DNA from: Lingula anatina | Taxonomy: Eukaryota; Animalia; Brachiopoda | Length of the DNA: 64,000 nt | Direction of reading: 5' to 3' | Assembly: GCA_051362555.1 (NCBI GenBank) | Contig: CM120643.1 | Location: forward strand, 4,712,001 to 4,776,000 | Part shown: in pieces, positions 52,224-64,000 of the stretch | Layout: each line of letters opens with the position of its first letter | Numbering within the stretch: position 1 is the first letter of the stretch | Notes under the pieces: generated by a model | Seen by the model: the letters and a program-made list of their open reading frames with translations, nothing else | What the model was told of the DNA's origin: nothing | Database searches by the model: none | Translations under genes and position numbers: made by a program

Positions 52224-54529
52224 TGGCCGCATTTACGGACCAAATCAGCGAGCAACTTTCATGTAGTACTTGTGGGGAGCGGTACGCCGACCCTCGCGTT
52301 TTACCCTGCTTCCACACTTTCTGCCGACGATGTCTTGTGGACAGACACGAGGGGGAAGAAGGAGGGCAGATCCAGTGCCCGACATGTAGCCAAAAGGCCG
52401 CTCTCGGAGAGGGCGGTGTGGACAGTTTACCAGCCAACATATTCATCAAAAATATATTAGACGTTGTAGTTTCACACGAGGAGGATTTCGAAAATGGCGA
52501 TCTTGATAAAGAGCACGCTGTGCGTCACTGTAGCTCGTGCGACGAGGGTGCTCCAGCTACGTCGCACTGTAAAGACTGCAACGAATTTCTTTGTGATAAC
52601 TGCGTCAGGGCGCACCTACGTGTACGACTCACCAAAGACCACATGATTGTACGTATGAACCAGCGAGACAACAACGCACACGCACGCACCAATATATCTG
52701 CTCAGCAAGCAACTCCCACCATGCAGCCGGTCTCAGATCGACCTCCGAGTTTCTGCCAGATCCACGAGCACGAGATTTTACGCCTTTATTGTGATAGCTG
52801 TGCCAGAGCCATATGCAGGGAGTGCACTATGTCCGAACACTTGGGTCATAATTTTATCTATCTCCAGGATGCTGTAGAGAATTCAAAGACAGTCACTATG
52901 AAGTTGCTGGTGGATGCCAAAGCAGGAATCAAATCCATAGAAGATAGTTTACACACCACACAGAGTATGCAAGAACGTGTGGAGGGACGTGCACAGGCAG
53001 TAGTGACTGAAGTGCGTGCTACAACACACCGTCATATGGCAGCATTAGAGGAGCGTGAGCGCGATTTGTTACACCGGGTCGAGAAAATACGTCAGGTTAA
53101 GGGAAAGTCGCTACATGTCCAAGCAGAGGAATTACGCCAAGGTCTAACCTCGTTAACAATGACTGTAGAAGAGGTGCAGGCTATTCTTGACACGGGTACT
53201 GATGTGGATGTGCTTAAAACCAAAGACAAAATGGTTTCTGAAATCTCCAACATGCGACGTCTCAGAGGTCACCTCACGCCCCACGAAGACGACAATATTG
53301 TGTTTACTCCCCCTGACACAGCCCTTCACACAGCCATTAGTCAGCTTGGCTTTATATATAGCAGTGCCTTTGCTCCTAACTCCATAGCAACAGGGGACGG
53401 CCTTAAACGTGGTCTGCGGGGAAAGGTGGCAACATTCACAGTACAAGCAAAAGATCACCTGGGGGACCAGCGCGCAGTGGGGGGCGACCCCTTGGACGTC
53501 ATTGTGCAGAGCCCAGAGGGCGTGCTGTTCAGAGCAGAGATCACAGACCGTCAGAATGGAACCTACGCTGTCAGCTACCGACCACAGTCTGAGGGACAGT
53601 ATATTGTTTCAGTTACAATCCGAGGCAAACACATCCATGATAGCCCTTTCACAGTGACTGTGCGTAGTGGTCGGAACTACTCTTCCATTGGGCAAATGTT
53701 ATTCTGCTTTGGAGGTGAAGGGGAAGAAGAGGGGCAGCTCTGTCGACCTTGGGGCATATGTTGTGATCGTGAGGGATACATCTTCATTGCTGACCGCAGC
53801 AACAATCGTGTTCAAATTTTCAATCCAGATGGTTCATTTTCAAGGAAATTTGGCACCCCAGGGTCAAGGAATGGGCAGTTTGATCGTCCAGCGGGTGTGG
53901 CAGTTGACCAGAACAGGCGTATCATTGTCGCAGATAAAGACAACCACCGCATTCAGATCTTTGCCTTCGATGGCACATTTCAGTTGAAGTTTGGAGAGAA
54001 AGGAAACAAGAATGGCCAGTTTAACTACCCCTGGGATGTTGCTGTGAACCCTGAGGGTAAAGTATTAGTCTCTGACACCAGAAACCACAGGGTGCAGCTC
54101 TTTTCAGCTGATGGTGCATTCCTCAACAAATACGGCTTCGAAGGAGCACTTTGGAAACATTTTGATTCCCCACGCGGCGTGTGCTTCAATAACGAAGGAC
54201 ACATGGTGGTAACAGACTTCAACAATCACCGTCTGCTTGTCATCCACCCTGACTTCCAATCTGCACGCTTCCTCGGGACAGAGGGTTCATCCAACGGGCA
54301 ATTTCTACGTCCTCAGGGTGTCACCGTGGACCAAGAGGGGAACATAATAGTGGCAGACTCTCGTAATCACCGGGTGCAAATTTTCCAACCCAATGGAAAC
54401 TTTTTGTGCAAGTTTGGCACCCCTGGGAGTGGCCCGGGCCAGTTAGACCGCCCCTCTGGCCTGTGTGTCTCCCCTGACGGGTATCTCCTAGTTGTGGACT
54501 TTGGAAACAACCGTGTCCAAGTGTTTTGA
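52211..54529 (+). CDS. TRIM71: E3 ubiquitin ligase / RNA-binding TRIM-NHL protein LIN-41/TRIM71 (CDS without introns; likely start at the second ATG, 52223, MAAF)
   Basis: 772-aa ORF with RING (CSTC...[10 protein letters not shown]...CPTC), B-box1 (CSSCDEG...[21 protein letters not shown]), B-box2 (CQIH...C..C...[10 protein letters not shown]), coiled coil, filamin repeat and six NHL repeats. The NHL signatures are those of vertebrate TRIM71 ([53 protein letters not shown]). An in-frame TGA lies upstream at 52142-52144. Confidence 0.97.
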   Translation: MRYLMAAFTDQISEQLSCSTCGERYADPRVLPCFHTFCRRCLVDRHEGEEGGQIQCPTCSQKAALGEGGVDSLPANIFIKNILDVVVSHEEDFENGDLDKEHAVRHCSSCDEGAPATSHCKDCNEFLCDNCVRAHLRVRLTKDHMIVRMNQRDNNAHARTNISAQQATPTMQPVSDRPPSFCQIHEHEILRLYCDSCARAICRECTMSEHLGHNFIYLQDAVENSKTVTMKLLVDAKAGIKSIEDSLHTTQSMQERVEGRAQAVVTEVRATTHRHMAALEERERDLLHRVEKIRQVKGKSLHVQAEELRQGLTSLTMTVEEVQAILDTGTDVDVLKTKDKMVSEISNMRRLRGHLTPHEDDNIVFTPPDTALHTAISQLGFIYSSAFAPNSIATGDGLKRGLRGKVATFTVQAKDHLGDQRAVGGDPLDVIVQSPEGVLFRAEITDRQNGTYAVSYRPQSEGQYIVSVTIRGKHIHDSPFTVTVRSGRNYSSIGQMLFCFGGEGEEEGQLCRPWGICCDREGYIFIADRSNNRVQIFNPDGSFSRKFGTPGSRNGQFDRPAGVAVDQNRRIIVADKDNHRIQIFAFDGTFQLKFGEKGNKNGQFNYPWDVAVNPEGKVLVSDTRNHRVQLFSADGAFLNKYGFEGALWKHFDSPRGVCFNNEGHMVVTDFNNHRLLVIHPDFQSARFLGTEGSSNGQFLRPQGVTVDQEGNIIVADSRNHRVQIFQPNGNFLCKFGTPGSGPGQLDRPSGLCVSPDGYLLVVDFGNNRVQVF

Positions 54530-56557
54530 TGACCTGTGCCCAGTTAACTGTCGTATATCTGGGCTCTTTTGGTCAATGATGAAATGGATGAAAAACCTCA
54601 GGTTAATAACTGACGCTCAGGAATATCTCAAGGCTGTTGATATGTGAGGCCAAGGCAGTGTAACAATGTTATGTGAAGCCAAAGGCAATATACAACAATT
54701 CTTACTCAGGGAGAATATGATGTAGTCATACAAGCCATTGTGAACTTGATCATTCAGTGATTCAAAATCAAACTTTATTATTCTTCAATATATATATATA
54801 TATTATTTGTGGAGTAATGTGCAAAATGTTGATATATATATATATATATACTCGGTGTGTGGCGTGCACAAAGTAAATCAGTATTCCAAGAAGAGTCCAC
54901 TCAGGCGCACACGGCAGTCTCCCAAGCAAGGACAGTTTTCTCTCAGGAACCTATGTGCACCCTCTGAAGGAGCTCTGACTGGAGGAAGCGATATAGTAGG
55001 TGGATAAATCATTGATAAGAAAAATAGTTGGTAATTAGTTTTATTCTATGCTAGTCTATATTACCCCTATGCTGTAAAAGCAGTACTGCATCCTCAAGTC
55101 AGTGCAGTGTAGGGATTATACAGTTGTTGGTTTGGTTATAGGTGTTTCTATACTGCTTTCACATGTTATGACATTGAAGTGTATGAGAATCCCTTTTTAA
55201 AATGTATTTATGAAAAACTGTGGTCATTTATAAGCTAAAAAGGTTAAACAAAGAACTTATGAAATGAGGAAGCAAAAGACTGTATGTTACAATTAGTTAA
55301 GAACTCCAATCTTAAATGCAGCATGTTGTGATTATAGCTTACAAACATGCTAAATGTGCTTATTTTTATCTACCTCGGGCTATCTGCACATGGCCAGCAC
55401 ATTCGAACCTATTCTATTTTTTAAAAATCATGGCCTATGGTGGATGGAAACAGAAAAGAGATTTGGTCTATGAACACCTATCTGTGTGCACCATATGTGT
55501 TTGTGGTTTACTATTCAATTAATTTTTTAATGATAAATTTTGTGTATTATATTATTGTTTATGTGTAACCGCCCCTACCTCAGCTCCATCTGTAGGCGAG
55601 TACAGCCCTATGAGGGCTCTCATTTCCTTCAGGCTTCACATCGCCTCTAACTCAAGAGTGTTTTTTTTGTAAATATTTTTATCTGTTTTAAGATGAATGG
55701 TTTGGAGACTGTGTTTTAAGACTGGTGTAAAAAGTTGGTGCTCAGCCAGAGAGCCTCGCCACTACCTCTACTTTATCAGGCAACAGTTGGCTATTATATG
55801 CAGTAGAGTATGAATGATGACTAGATCAGTTTTTGGGCATTGCTTTAAGCAACTTTTATTTATTTGTTTATGGTTGTTATTATAATTATTTTTGAGAGAT
55901 ATTCCACGGGTAATATGCAGTTATGTTTGTGGTCTGAGAATTCTCCCTTCTCTCAAAAAAAAAGTTCATCTCGTTTAAATCAAAGAAGGGATTCAAGAGT
56001 ACTTTTTGGCTCTCACTTAAACAAAACTAGTAGTTGATTTTTTTGTACCTATTCTCTGAACAAGTACTTGAAAATCTCATTTTGTCTCAGGTAACTGTAG
56101 TTGACGAAACATTTGTGCTTGGGCTTTGAAAGCATTCCAGGGTATAAAGCAGCATTTTTGAGAGAATGGGAAAATTCTTCTTCCACGCTATTCACTGTAG
56201 TATTGAAGTCTGTTTCTAGTCAATTCCTTAGCCTTGCTGGTTTTGTCAGTTTGTTACAAAACTCGGTTTCAAATGACCTCTGATATTAGATATACATGTA
56301 CGAACGTTCGATAACAGAAGGATTGGTTAAGAATATGAAGGCACTCCCCTTGAAAATCGCATTCTTATGAAGTGATTGGAAAGACCGTCTTTCGTTTGTA
56401 CAAAAATTATTTGGGACCGGTAAATATTACGTTGGGATCCAAATTCATTTGATTTACTCCAACAACATTTTTTTAGAAAGACCCAAGTTTTTATCAAATT
56501 ATAGAATTTGAATACCTCGAAACTACAAATATATCTTGAGTTTCAATTTCTGCATAT

Positions 56558-56592
<35 letters not shown>

Positions 56593-58535
56593 TTTTGCAC
56601 ATCAGGCAGCACCAGACGAGCTAAGCATTTACCGGAAACCTCGGCCATATTTACTCAGGAGACATTGTTTGGTAATATATTATATCTAGTCAAATACAAA
56701 AATGCATCATCACTTTGTGTGTGAACTCAAATTCTTTATATAACCTCATCGTTTCGTTCAGTTCACAGATTGCGATTGCAAGTTTTGCATAGGTGGTAGT
56801 TAAGATTTAATCTTTGTGAATAGTTTTGCATGCAAAGTTAATTAGTGTAGCCTCGTTAAGCCCGCATAGTCATACTATTAATAGAAAAGGCAGTTGCGTG
56901 AATTCTTCTGGTAGTTAAAGCTTGCATTCTACAAAAACGTGCTTAGCGCATTTGGTTAGTTGGCCTTACTCTTACAATAACAGTGTTTCGAAGAAAATAC
57001 CCTGTGATTGGACGCCCATTTTGTAGTTACTGCAGTTTTGGGACTTGTTTTTGCCAACCACTCTTCACTTCCTCTTGTGGAAACAAATTAATTTTGATGT
57101 CTTCGGGCAGTTTTTCCTGTTGAAACTTGATATTTTTGCTCAACGATGTCAAACCAAAACAGTTATACTGTTGCATTCAAAATGCCCTCCGCGTGGAAAA
57201 CGCGGGGCTAAACTTAAAAGTGGGGTACCTCACTGAGGTGGTCTATTCAGTATATTGCCAGTGAAATCAAAACCGTACTATTCTGCAAGAAGTAAAAATT
57301 CAAAGACATTTTCTATTTGTATTTGATTTTAGGGATTAAGTAGATTTTATTTGGTATCTTAGGTTTATCTCTATGTAGCCTTGTTGTTTTTGAACAGTTT
57401 TTTGTCTTCTTTGTTACGGTTTAGCCAAACGGTCATAGACCAAAAAATGCTACACAAGAAATGAAGTGTTGCTCGCTGTTTATGCTGGAGCTGTAAGCCT
57501 CCAAACTTTCTTCTTTATTTGATTATTTCCATTTAGTGTATTTTTTAATTTGTTAATTGATTCATTATTTTATTTATTTATTTATTGTCATTGTGTATAG
57601 TTTAACCCATATTATAAGTGTGTTACATGTATTTTAGGATCGTCTTTAGGTTAGCGTATAAGGTGTCAAATTCGAACAAATGTCTTGAAAAGTCTTGAGA
57701 TATAACCCGAGGTATTACTTCGTGCTTTACTCTCGCAGCATTGAGAGAGACTCGTTCTCTATAATAATTATACAACCGGTGAATGCTTCAGCGCGGCAGC
57801 GAACATGTTACGCTATCATTATGGTCCTATGTGTGTAAAATTACTGCTAAATTCTTAAAAAAAGAGCGCCGTTTTTATTGCTTGTTGAAAAAAGTCAATT
57901 TTTGCTTATTTTAAAGAATTTGTATTTGATGCTTTAGGAGTTATGTTTTCGGTATTTTACTGGAAAAAATATAAGGCAGTTGAAAAAGAAAAAGTCAGTA
58001 TTGGAAAATAAGAGTTTTAAACGCTAAAAACATTAGACAACTTAGAATGTATGTTAAAACAAATTATGGCATGTCAATGAAAGTAAATGTATAACTATTG
58101 GGTGTGACAGTTTGGGTGATAATACATTTGTTTTTAATTACCTTAAACTGTGCTTCTTTTGAAAATTATTTGTTTCTTCTCACTGTTGATACAAGTGTCA
58201 CATACAGCATAGGGAACGTCAACCTCAAATATATTGCTGGCTTTTATTATGCTATATAGATTATGTAGATTTTAGCTAATTTTTATAGGTCTGATAAGTC
58301 TTTTTTTCACTCAGGTGCAAAATTATTTTCTCTGCTTCATTTAAACTGGTCAGTTATTACTACCTCCGTTTTGTGATTGTTAATATTAACAACGCTTAGT
58401 ACTATACAACTAATTATATAAATGGAAGACAATTTTTAACGAACTACAGGATTTGGCTATTTCAAAAATGAGAAATATTATTGTGCAATGTTAAAAGCTG
58501 TGGACTGGAATAAAGATACATCACTCGATTTAAAA
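54530..58535 (+). promoter_or_regulatory. Putative ~4-kb 3'UTR of lin-41/TRIM71 with let-7 and miR-125 sites
   Basis: CTACCTC at 55370, 55575 (8-mer CTACCTCA), 55762 and 58360, TACCTCA at 57226, and the miR-125 8-mer CTCAGGGA at 54705. The first AATAAA I found after the stop is at 58509. Confidence 0.7.
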
Positions 58536-58557
58536 TTAACATAACAGTTGTTGTTGA
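58509..58557 (+). terminator. Putative polyadenylation signal with GU-rich downstream element
   Basis: AATAAA at 58509-58514, followed ~35 nt later by GTTGTTGTTG. Confidence 0.55.
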
Positions 58558-61500
58558 TCTGGGCTCAGTTAACGGAATCCAATATGGCGTCTTTGGGGAA
58601 TATGGGTCAGTTTTCGTTAAGTTGGGGTCAAGGTGATGAGTGACCCACCACGTGATAGTGCCAAACAGGTGCCTTACTCCGTGTTACGTAATCGTTCCTG
58701 AAATCAAGAACAGATAACCGCGATGAAAGACTAAGATAATTTTCATTCCCAAACCTGTCCGCAAATGCCAGGGTTTCTGGCCTTTTTTCGTGCAGGTAAT
58801 GACCCCGTACATTGTCGAGATAAAGATCTGTGAAGGACGTTTGGTTCAGGAACACGCGGCATAACATACATACTTAATATATTGTTTACTACGTCTTAGG
58901 AGATACAGAATTAGGAGTGAGGTCCAAAACACTGCAATCGCTTGTCATAAAATTGCTATAGAATAAGATTTGCAAAGCGTCTCAGTAGGCAGATTTGTTG
59001 GAGCACGCGAACGTATATTTCCAGTAAACCTATGTCAACTCTGTAAGCTTTGCTGTGAATTTATGGAGAATGATTTTTAGACACTATGAGAGGTATTAGC
59101 TAACATGGGGGACCATCCTTTCTTTGCGTGTGGAACCTTGGTAACCTGGGGATCATTTAGGTGAAGCCGCAGTTTTTCGTCACAACGGTTTTCATGCTTG
59201 TGATAAAATTACTATTTACCCTGAAACATATTTAGAAATAATATGGAATAGAAACGCCCCCCCCAAAAAAATCGTTTTTATCTGTCTTTGGTATCAATGT
59301 ACTCTGGTTTATATTAAAAATATTTTCATTCCCTAAAAACTGTTTAAAATATCACTGAATTATCATAAAGTGATTTGAAAATGAAATATGCTGAATTTAG
59401 TTTAAAAATCATTTGGAGGCAATGTCTTAGTGCCTGTTGAATTTATCAAGGTGTATAACTGAAAATAATAGATGTTTATTCTGTAATCTAAGGCCGACGA
59501 TAAAATGTTTTTCGAAACAAAAGGTTAAATCAGCTTTTAAATATAAGAATTAATCTATATTTCCTGAATAAATTTAATCTAATACACCGTATATAACTTG
59601 AGTATTATATATATGCTAACATAGGCATCATTTTTAGAATAGTTTAGAAACTTTCCATATGTCTTAAATTTTCCCTTTTAAGGATAACAATTGTTCATTT
59701 TGGCCAGAAAAATGAATTTTTCTGGGGTAAACGACAATTTTCCCATACTTACCAGTGGTTAATGAATCCATTTTACATTCAAAGTTAGTCACCCTTTTTT
59801 TTCAAAAAAGTTTTTTTGTAATAATCTCTTAAAAGATTATTACAGAGTACAGCCATCTATGGAGGTCACGTGGTCCGGTGACAAGCACAGGTTTGAGAAT
59901 AATTGCCGTTTTTGTGGTGAAATAGAATATATTATATTTCTATGAGTTGTTTACAATGTATTTATTGTGAAATATAGATCTCATATGAAGAGTTGTAATC
60001 CCTTTTATGTGATTTGGCGACTAAACAAAACCTTGGGTACGTGCATTCCAAGGATACAAAGGATCCCTTCAAACATGACTGTCAACGCATTTAATAATTT
60101 TTAGAGTAGGGCAATTTTTTTTATTGTAGATTGACGTGAAATCAAGGACAAAAACGCTGTAAAAAGTAAGCATATTCAGGGGGTCCACGCTCCATTCCGT
60201 CTGTGCACCTCGGCAGTGAAAGACTTGTGCAGATAAAATCAACGGTTTTGACAGCTCTCTTCCTCGCAGAATTTGTTAACTTTGATTTCGTTTGCTTCAA
60301 ATCGATCTTTCCCCGAGAAACCTCGGGCATTTTGCTGTGTAAATATTACGTTAGTGGAAGAAGCAGTGTGCTCATGTAAGCGAATTTTCTTACGTACATA
60401 TAGCCGGGAAAACAATATGGAAAATCGCTGTTACGAACGTATTATTGCAATGACAATTATATCAGAGAAACATCTCGAAAATTCAGAAAATGAGAATGAA
60501 TACTAAATGATGGGTGAGGGAGGACTCGATGAATCTAATCGCTAAGACGACTTCTTTGGCAAGAACTAACGAAGGCGGAGTTTCTCCTGACTTCTTCCCT
60601 TTAAGTCAGTATATAAACCAAAACGAAATCTAATGCACTTCGAAATAAATACAAACAAATATGGTATTAAAAGTAATTTCTTACTAATTTAAGATCGAGG
60701 CTGCGAAATACCAAGTTATTTTTCATAGCGAATTCATTTTTTCGAAGTATTCTGTAAATAGAATTAATAGAAAGAAGTCAAAGACAAATCGAACGTTTAC
60801 ACCTTAAACTTATAAAATTATAAAAATATATTATAAAAATATAATTGAAGTTCGTGAGGTATTTGTGAAGGGGGAGGGGAGGGCTCTTTTTCGGGTTAAA
60901 TGAGGTCAAGTCAAATTCCAGTGCAGAGGAAATATGACTGGGTCCCACCCACTGGTAGCTTGAGTGCCTAGAATGCGCTCGGGTCAGCGGGCCAAAGAGG
61001 GTGATTATGCCTCCTCACCCTTTGTCGGAGTACGTCATTCTTATGTCATCTTTCCCTTTGTCGATAAGAAAGGGTGAACAATTAGGTATGGTTTGTAGCC
61101 GAGGATGGCGAAGAATTTCTAGATTCAACAACTGAAGATGTGTTAGAACATCCTTTATAAATGTTAATCTTATGTTCCATTAAATGTGAGCGATAAATTG
61201 TAAACGATGAAAGAATTAGGAATTCACTATATCTGCGCCGTCCACTAGTTCTGGTTATGATTGGTTGCTGCTCTCTACTGCTGGGAAGTTCATGGTTTTT
61301 GAAACGTGTGAAATACTCTCTTGTACGGTAAATTGATTTGAAAATGTATTAATTACCTAGGCCATCAAAGTGGATATATTTATATGTATTGTAACCCAAC
61401 CTCCAGGTATATCAGCGTTGATATATAGACAGAATAAAAATAGTTACATGCTGTGAATGCATCCATAAAAAAATATTGATTAATGTTAAAATTAATTAAG

Positions 61501-63614
61501 AAAAAAATGTAATTAGGATGTTTTTGATAATAAAATTATTTAAAATTATCAAACAAACAAGCAAACAAACAAACAAACAAAAGATATATAATTAAAAAGA
61601 ATTATCATTAAATAGGTTAACGAGAACTATTTCAGGTGTTATTTAAAAGAAAAATAGGAAAATTGTTTTCTGCTTTTTACTTATTTTGCTGACCAGATTC
61701 AGGTGGAGGAGAAAATATCTTTTAAGCGGATTAGCAAAATTCTCAAGAACTGTGAAAATAAAAAACCAAAAAATTGAAAAATTTTAAATGCTGCTCGGTA
61801 TCTAGGGAGCTTAAAACGATCTTTAACGTAAACGATTTAAGTTGTTTAAGCACTGCTTATATCAAAGTGAAAATGAACATATATGTGGCTAAATAACTTA
61901 AATTAATAAATAAATTAAATAAATTTCTTAACAAAAGCAAAAATAAAGAGCTTAAATTCTCGAAAAATATTTTCAGTTGCACCACGTTATTATTCAATTG
62001 ACAGAAAATCCCACGTTGAAGAGCTTGAAAAAAATTGCAAAAAGTTAAAATGGTTTTGTTTGCTAAATTATGTACCAAATCTTCCAAGCGTTTTTTTCCT
62101 AATGCATATATGTTAATGATATTATATAAAGATGATTTTTCTGTTTCATAAACATGTACAGGTATGAGGTCCGATAAATCAATGTTTTGTTTGAAACAGG
62201 TAGTTAATTTTCAACCTCGTGTAACCTCTATGTAAAATCTCTATATTAGAATATCAGGTAATCTCTGAAAAATGTTATTTATAATATGGAAGACTAAATA
62301 ACGAGCTGCTTGATATGTCTGTACTATTAACACACGCCTCTTCTGAGCCATTTTGCTATATCTGTACATACAAATATCTTAGATACCCATATCTGAATTT
62401 CGAATCACAAAAAGCACCATTACAAATGCTTGCTACATAATGTAATAATGTGACTTGTCACTAATGTTCACGGCAATCCATCTCTCCCGACAATTCTCCA
62501 AGCCACCATTCTCTCGGCTTCATTAGCAACACAACACATTCAGCTCATGAAAACATAGGGTTTACACTACGGCTTCGGAAATCGCACAGCGATATTTAAT
62601 TTAACAATCCTTGGAATTTATCCAACACGCATACCAGAGGTAATGATAGCTCCACACCCTGAATTTCAAAGCATAACTCGGGTTGACTCACTGGGAACCT
62701 GGTAGCCTGCTTTTTTGATGATTTGACTGCAGAACTCCGGGTGTGTTGCCAACATATTTGGATCCGTTGTGCGACCCCAATAAACTAGAGGTACACGTGA
62801 CGTGAATATCCACACTTGCTTCACCTTCAATCCGGATTACCTGTGGGGCCTGTTTTAAAAATTTACTACATCCCTAAAACATAGCTCTACATCAAAATGT
62901 TAGCTGCCTTGTCCCCAGTTATATCAGCAGTTGTCCATTTACTGAAGTTTTTCGGATGGTTAAGACCAAGAAAGACGAGGCTGATATTGGAGACCAGTAG
63001 ATACCAATAAATACTTGCCTGTGAATTTTCCTTCCCTGCAATGAAAAAAAAAAAAAATGATTTCGCAGAGAATAAATTTCTTCCCAACGGCAGCCAGCAT
63101 TTGACAGAAAACTGCAATGTTCGCCTAACATCATATTGATTGGTCGCGCGTTCGCAGTCCGTGCAGTTTGATTTCCATTGAGATGATCGACGATGACGGT
63201 TTATAAATAAAACATTTTTAAAATATGAAGAAAATTTAAAAGAAAAATTTTACTAGTGATAACATTCGCAATATCTTTGTAGAACCATTGACGTTTTACA
63301 TTCTTATCCACCATCCGACAAGTCGTTAACCAAGACAAGTCAACCAACACAAATTCTCTCTTTTTGAATAGGAAAGGGAATTTTTTTTTATATTTGTGCA
63401 TTCTGTTGTAATTTAAAACGAACCTTTCACCCCAATCAAATGCAGTCCCTGTGTAGTTTTCCGAGTTTCATTTATTCAACAGTTGACTAATAAACATGAG
63501 CTCAAACGAGCAAAAATGTTCATTAGATTGGTAGTTGGATCATATATGGTAATTTTATAATCAGCGTATATTAACTCAAACGGTTTTACACAGCACTATT
63601 ACACCATCAGCGCC

Positions 63615-63720
63615 TTATTTATTTAATTTAATACTTTATTGGGCACTAAAATATTAACAGATGCATTTTACAGGCTCTCTACACAACTTAATACATTTGT
63701 ACATATAAAACCACCTAAAT
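63615..63720 (-). mobile_element. 3' end of the same LINE family as 2392-3350
   Basis: TTTATTGGGCACTAAA...ATGCATTTTACAGGCTCTCTA matches TTTATTGAGCACTAAA...ATGCATTTGCAGGCTCTCTA at ~2413-2456. Confidence 0.7.
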
Positions 63721-64000
63721 TTATAAGTTGAAGTAATTATATATAGGACTTACGCTGTTCTTTCTCAAATTATAAGGACAATCGCACGCAAATTTAGACC
63801 AGGTGGAGAATATTGGGAAACTTGGTGAACAACATCAAGACCAAACTTGGAGATCATTTGATATATGAGCCGAGTCAAGAATTACGCAATAACGTTCAAC
63901 AAGTTACTGGAGCCTCTTGTGAATAATAACACTGACTTATATCAGTCTAAGTAAAGAAGCTTTGAAGCACTGTTTACATTAAATGTAAGAAAGCAACGAT

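Noticed and set aside
53153-54225. Short alternative-frame and antisense ORFs within TRIM71
   Set aside because: They are expected shadows of a GC-richer coding region, with no recognisable domains.

Overview
AT-rich eukaryotic genomic DNA, most consistent with a marine invertebrate animal (species not identifiable from this window). It has one clear intact host gene: lin-41/TRIM71 (RING, 2 B-boxes, coiled coil, filamin, 6 NHL repeats) at 52211-54529 (+), with an intron-free coding region. Its apparent ~4-kb 3'UTR carries several let-7 seed matches, two C. elegans LCS-like 3'-compensatory sites and a miR-125/lin-4 8-mer. Unexpectedly, three more let-7 seed matches lie in the ~210-nt 5' leader, one overlapping the probable start codon, together with uORFs. 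The first ~36 kb is mostly transposon debris: the 3' end of an intron-containing Ginger1 element, decayed LINEs, Tc1 remnants, several MITE families (PIF/Harbinger-like, hAT5-like with 5-bp TSD, a Mutator/foldback element), a 32-bp minisatellite, and a ~10-kb satellite of ~194-bp monomers in a 1756-bp higher-order repeat. Also present are a minimal Penelope-type hammerhead motif, a long near-perfect hairpin and a 40-bp TIR element. Coordinates were read by eye, and no database searches or folding computations were run.
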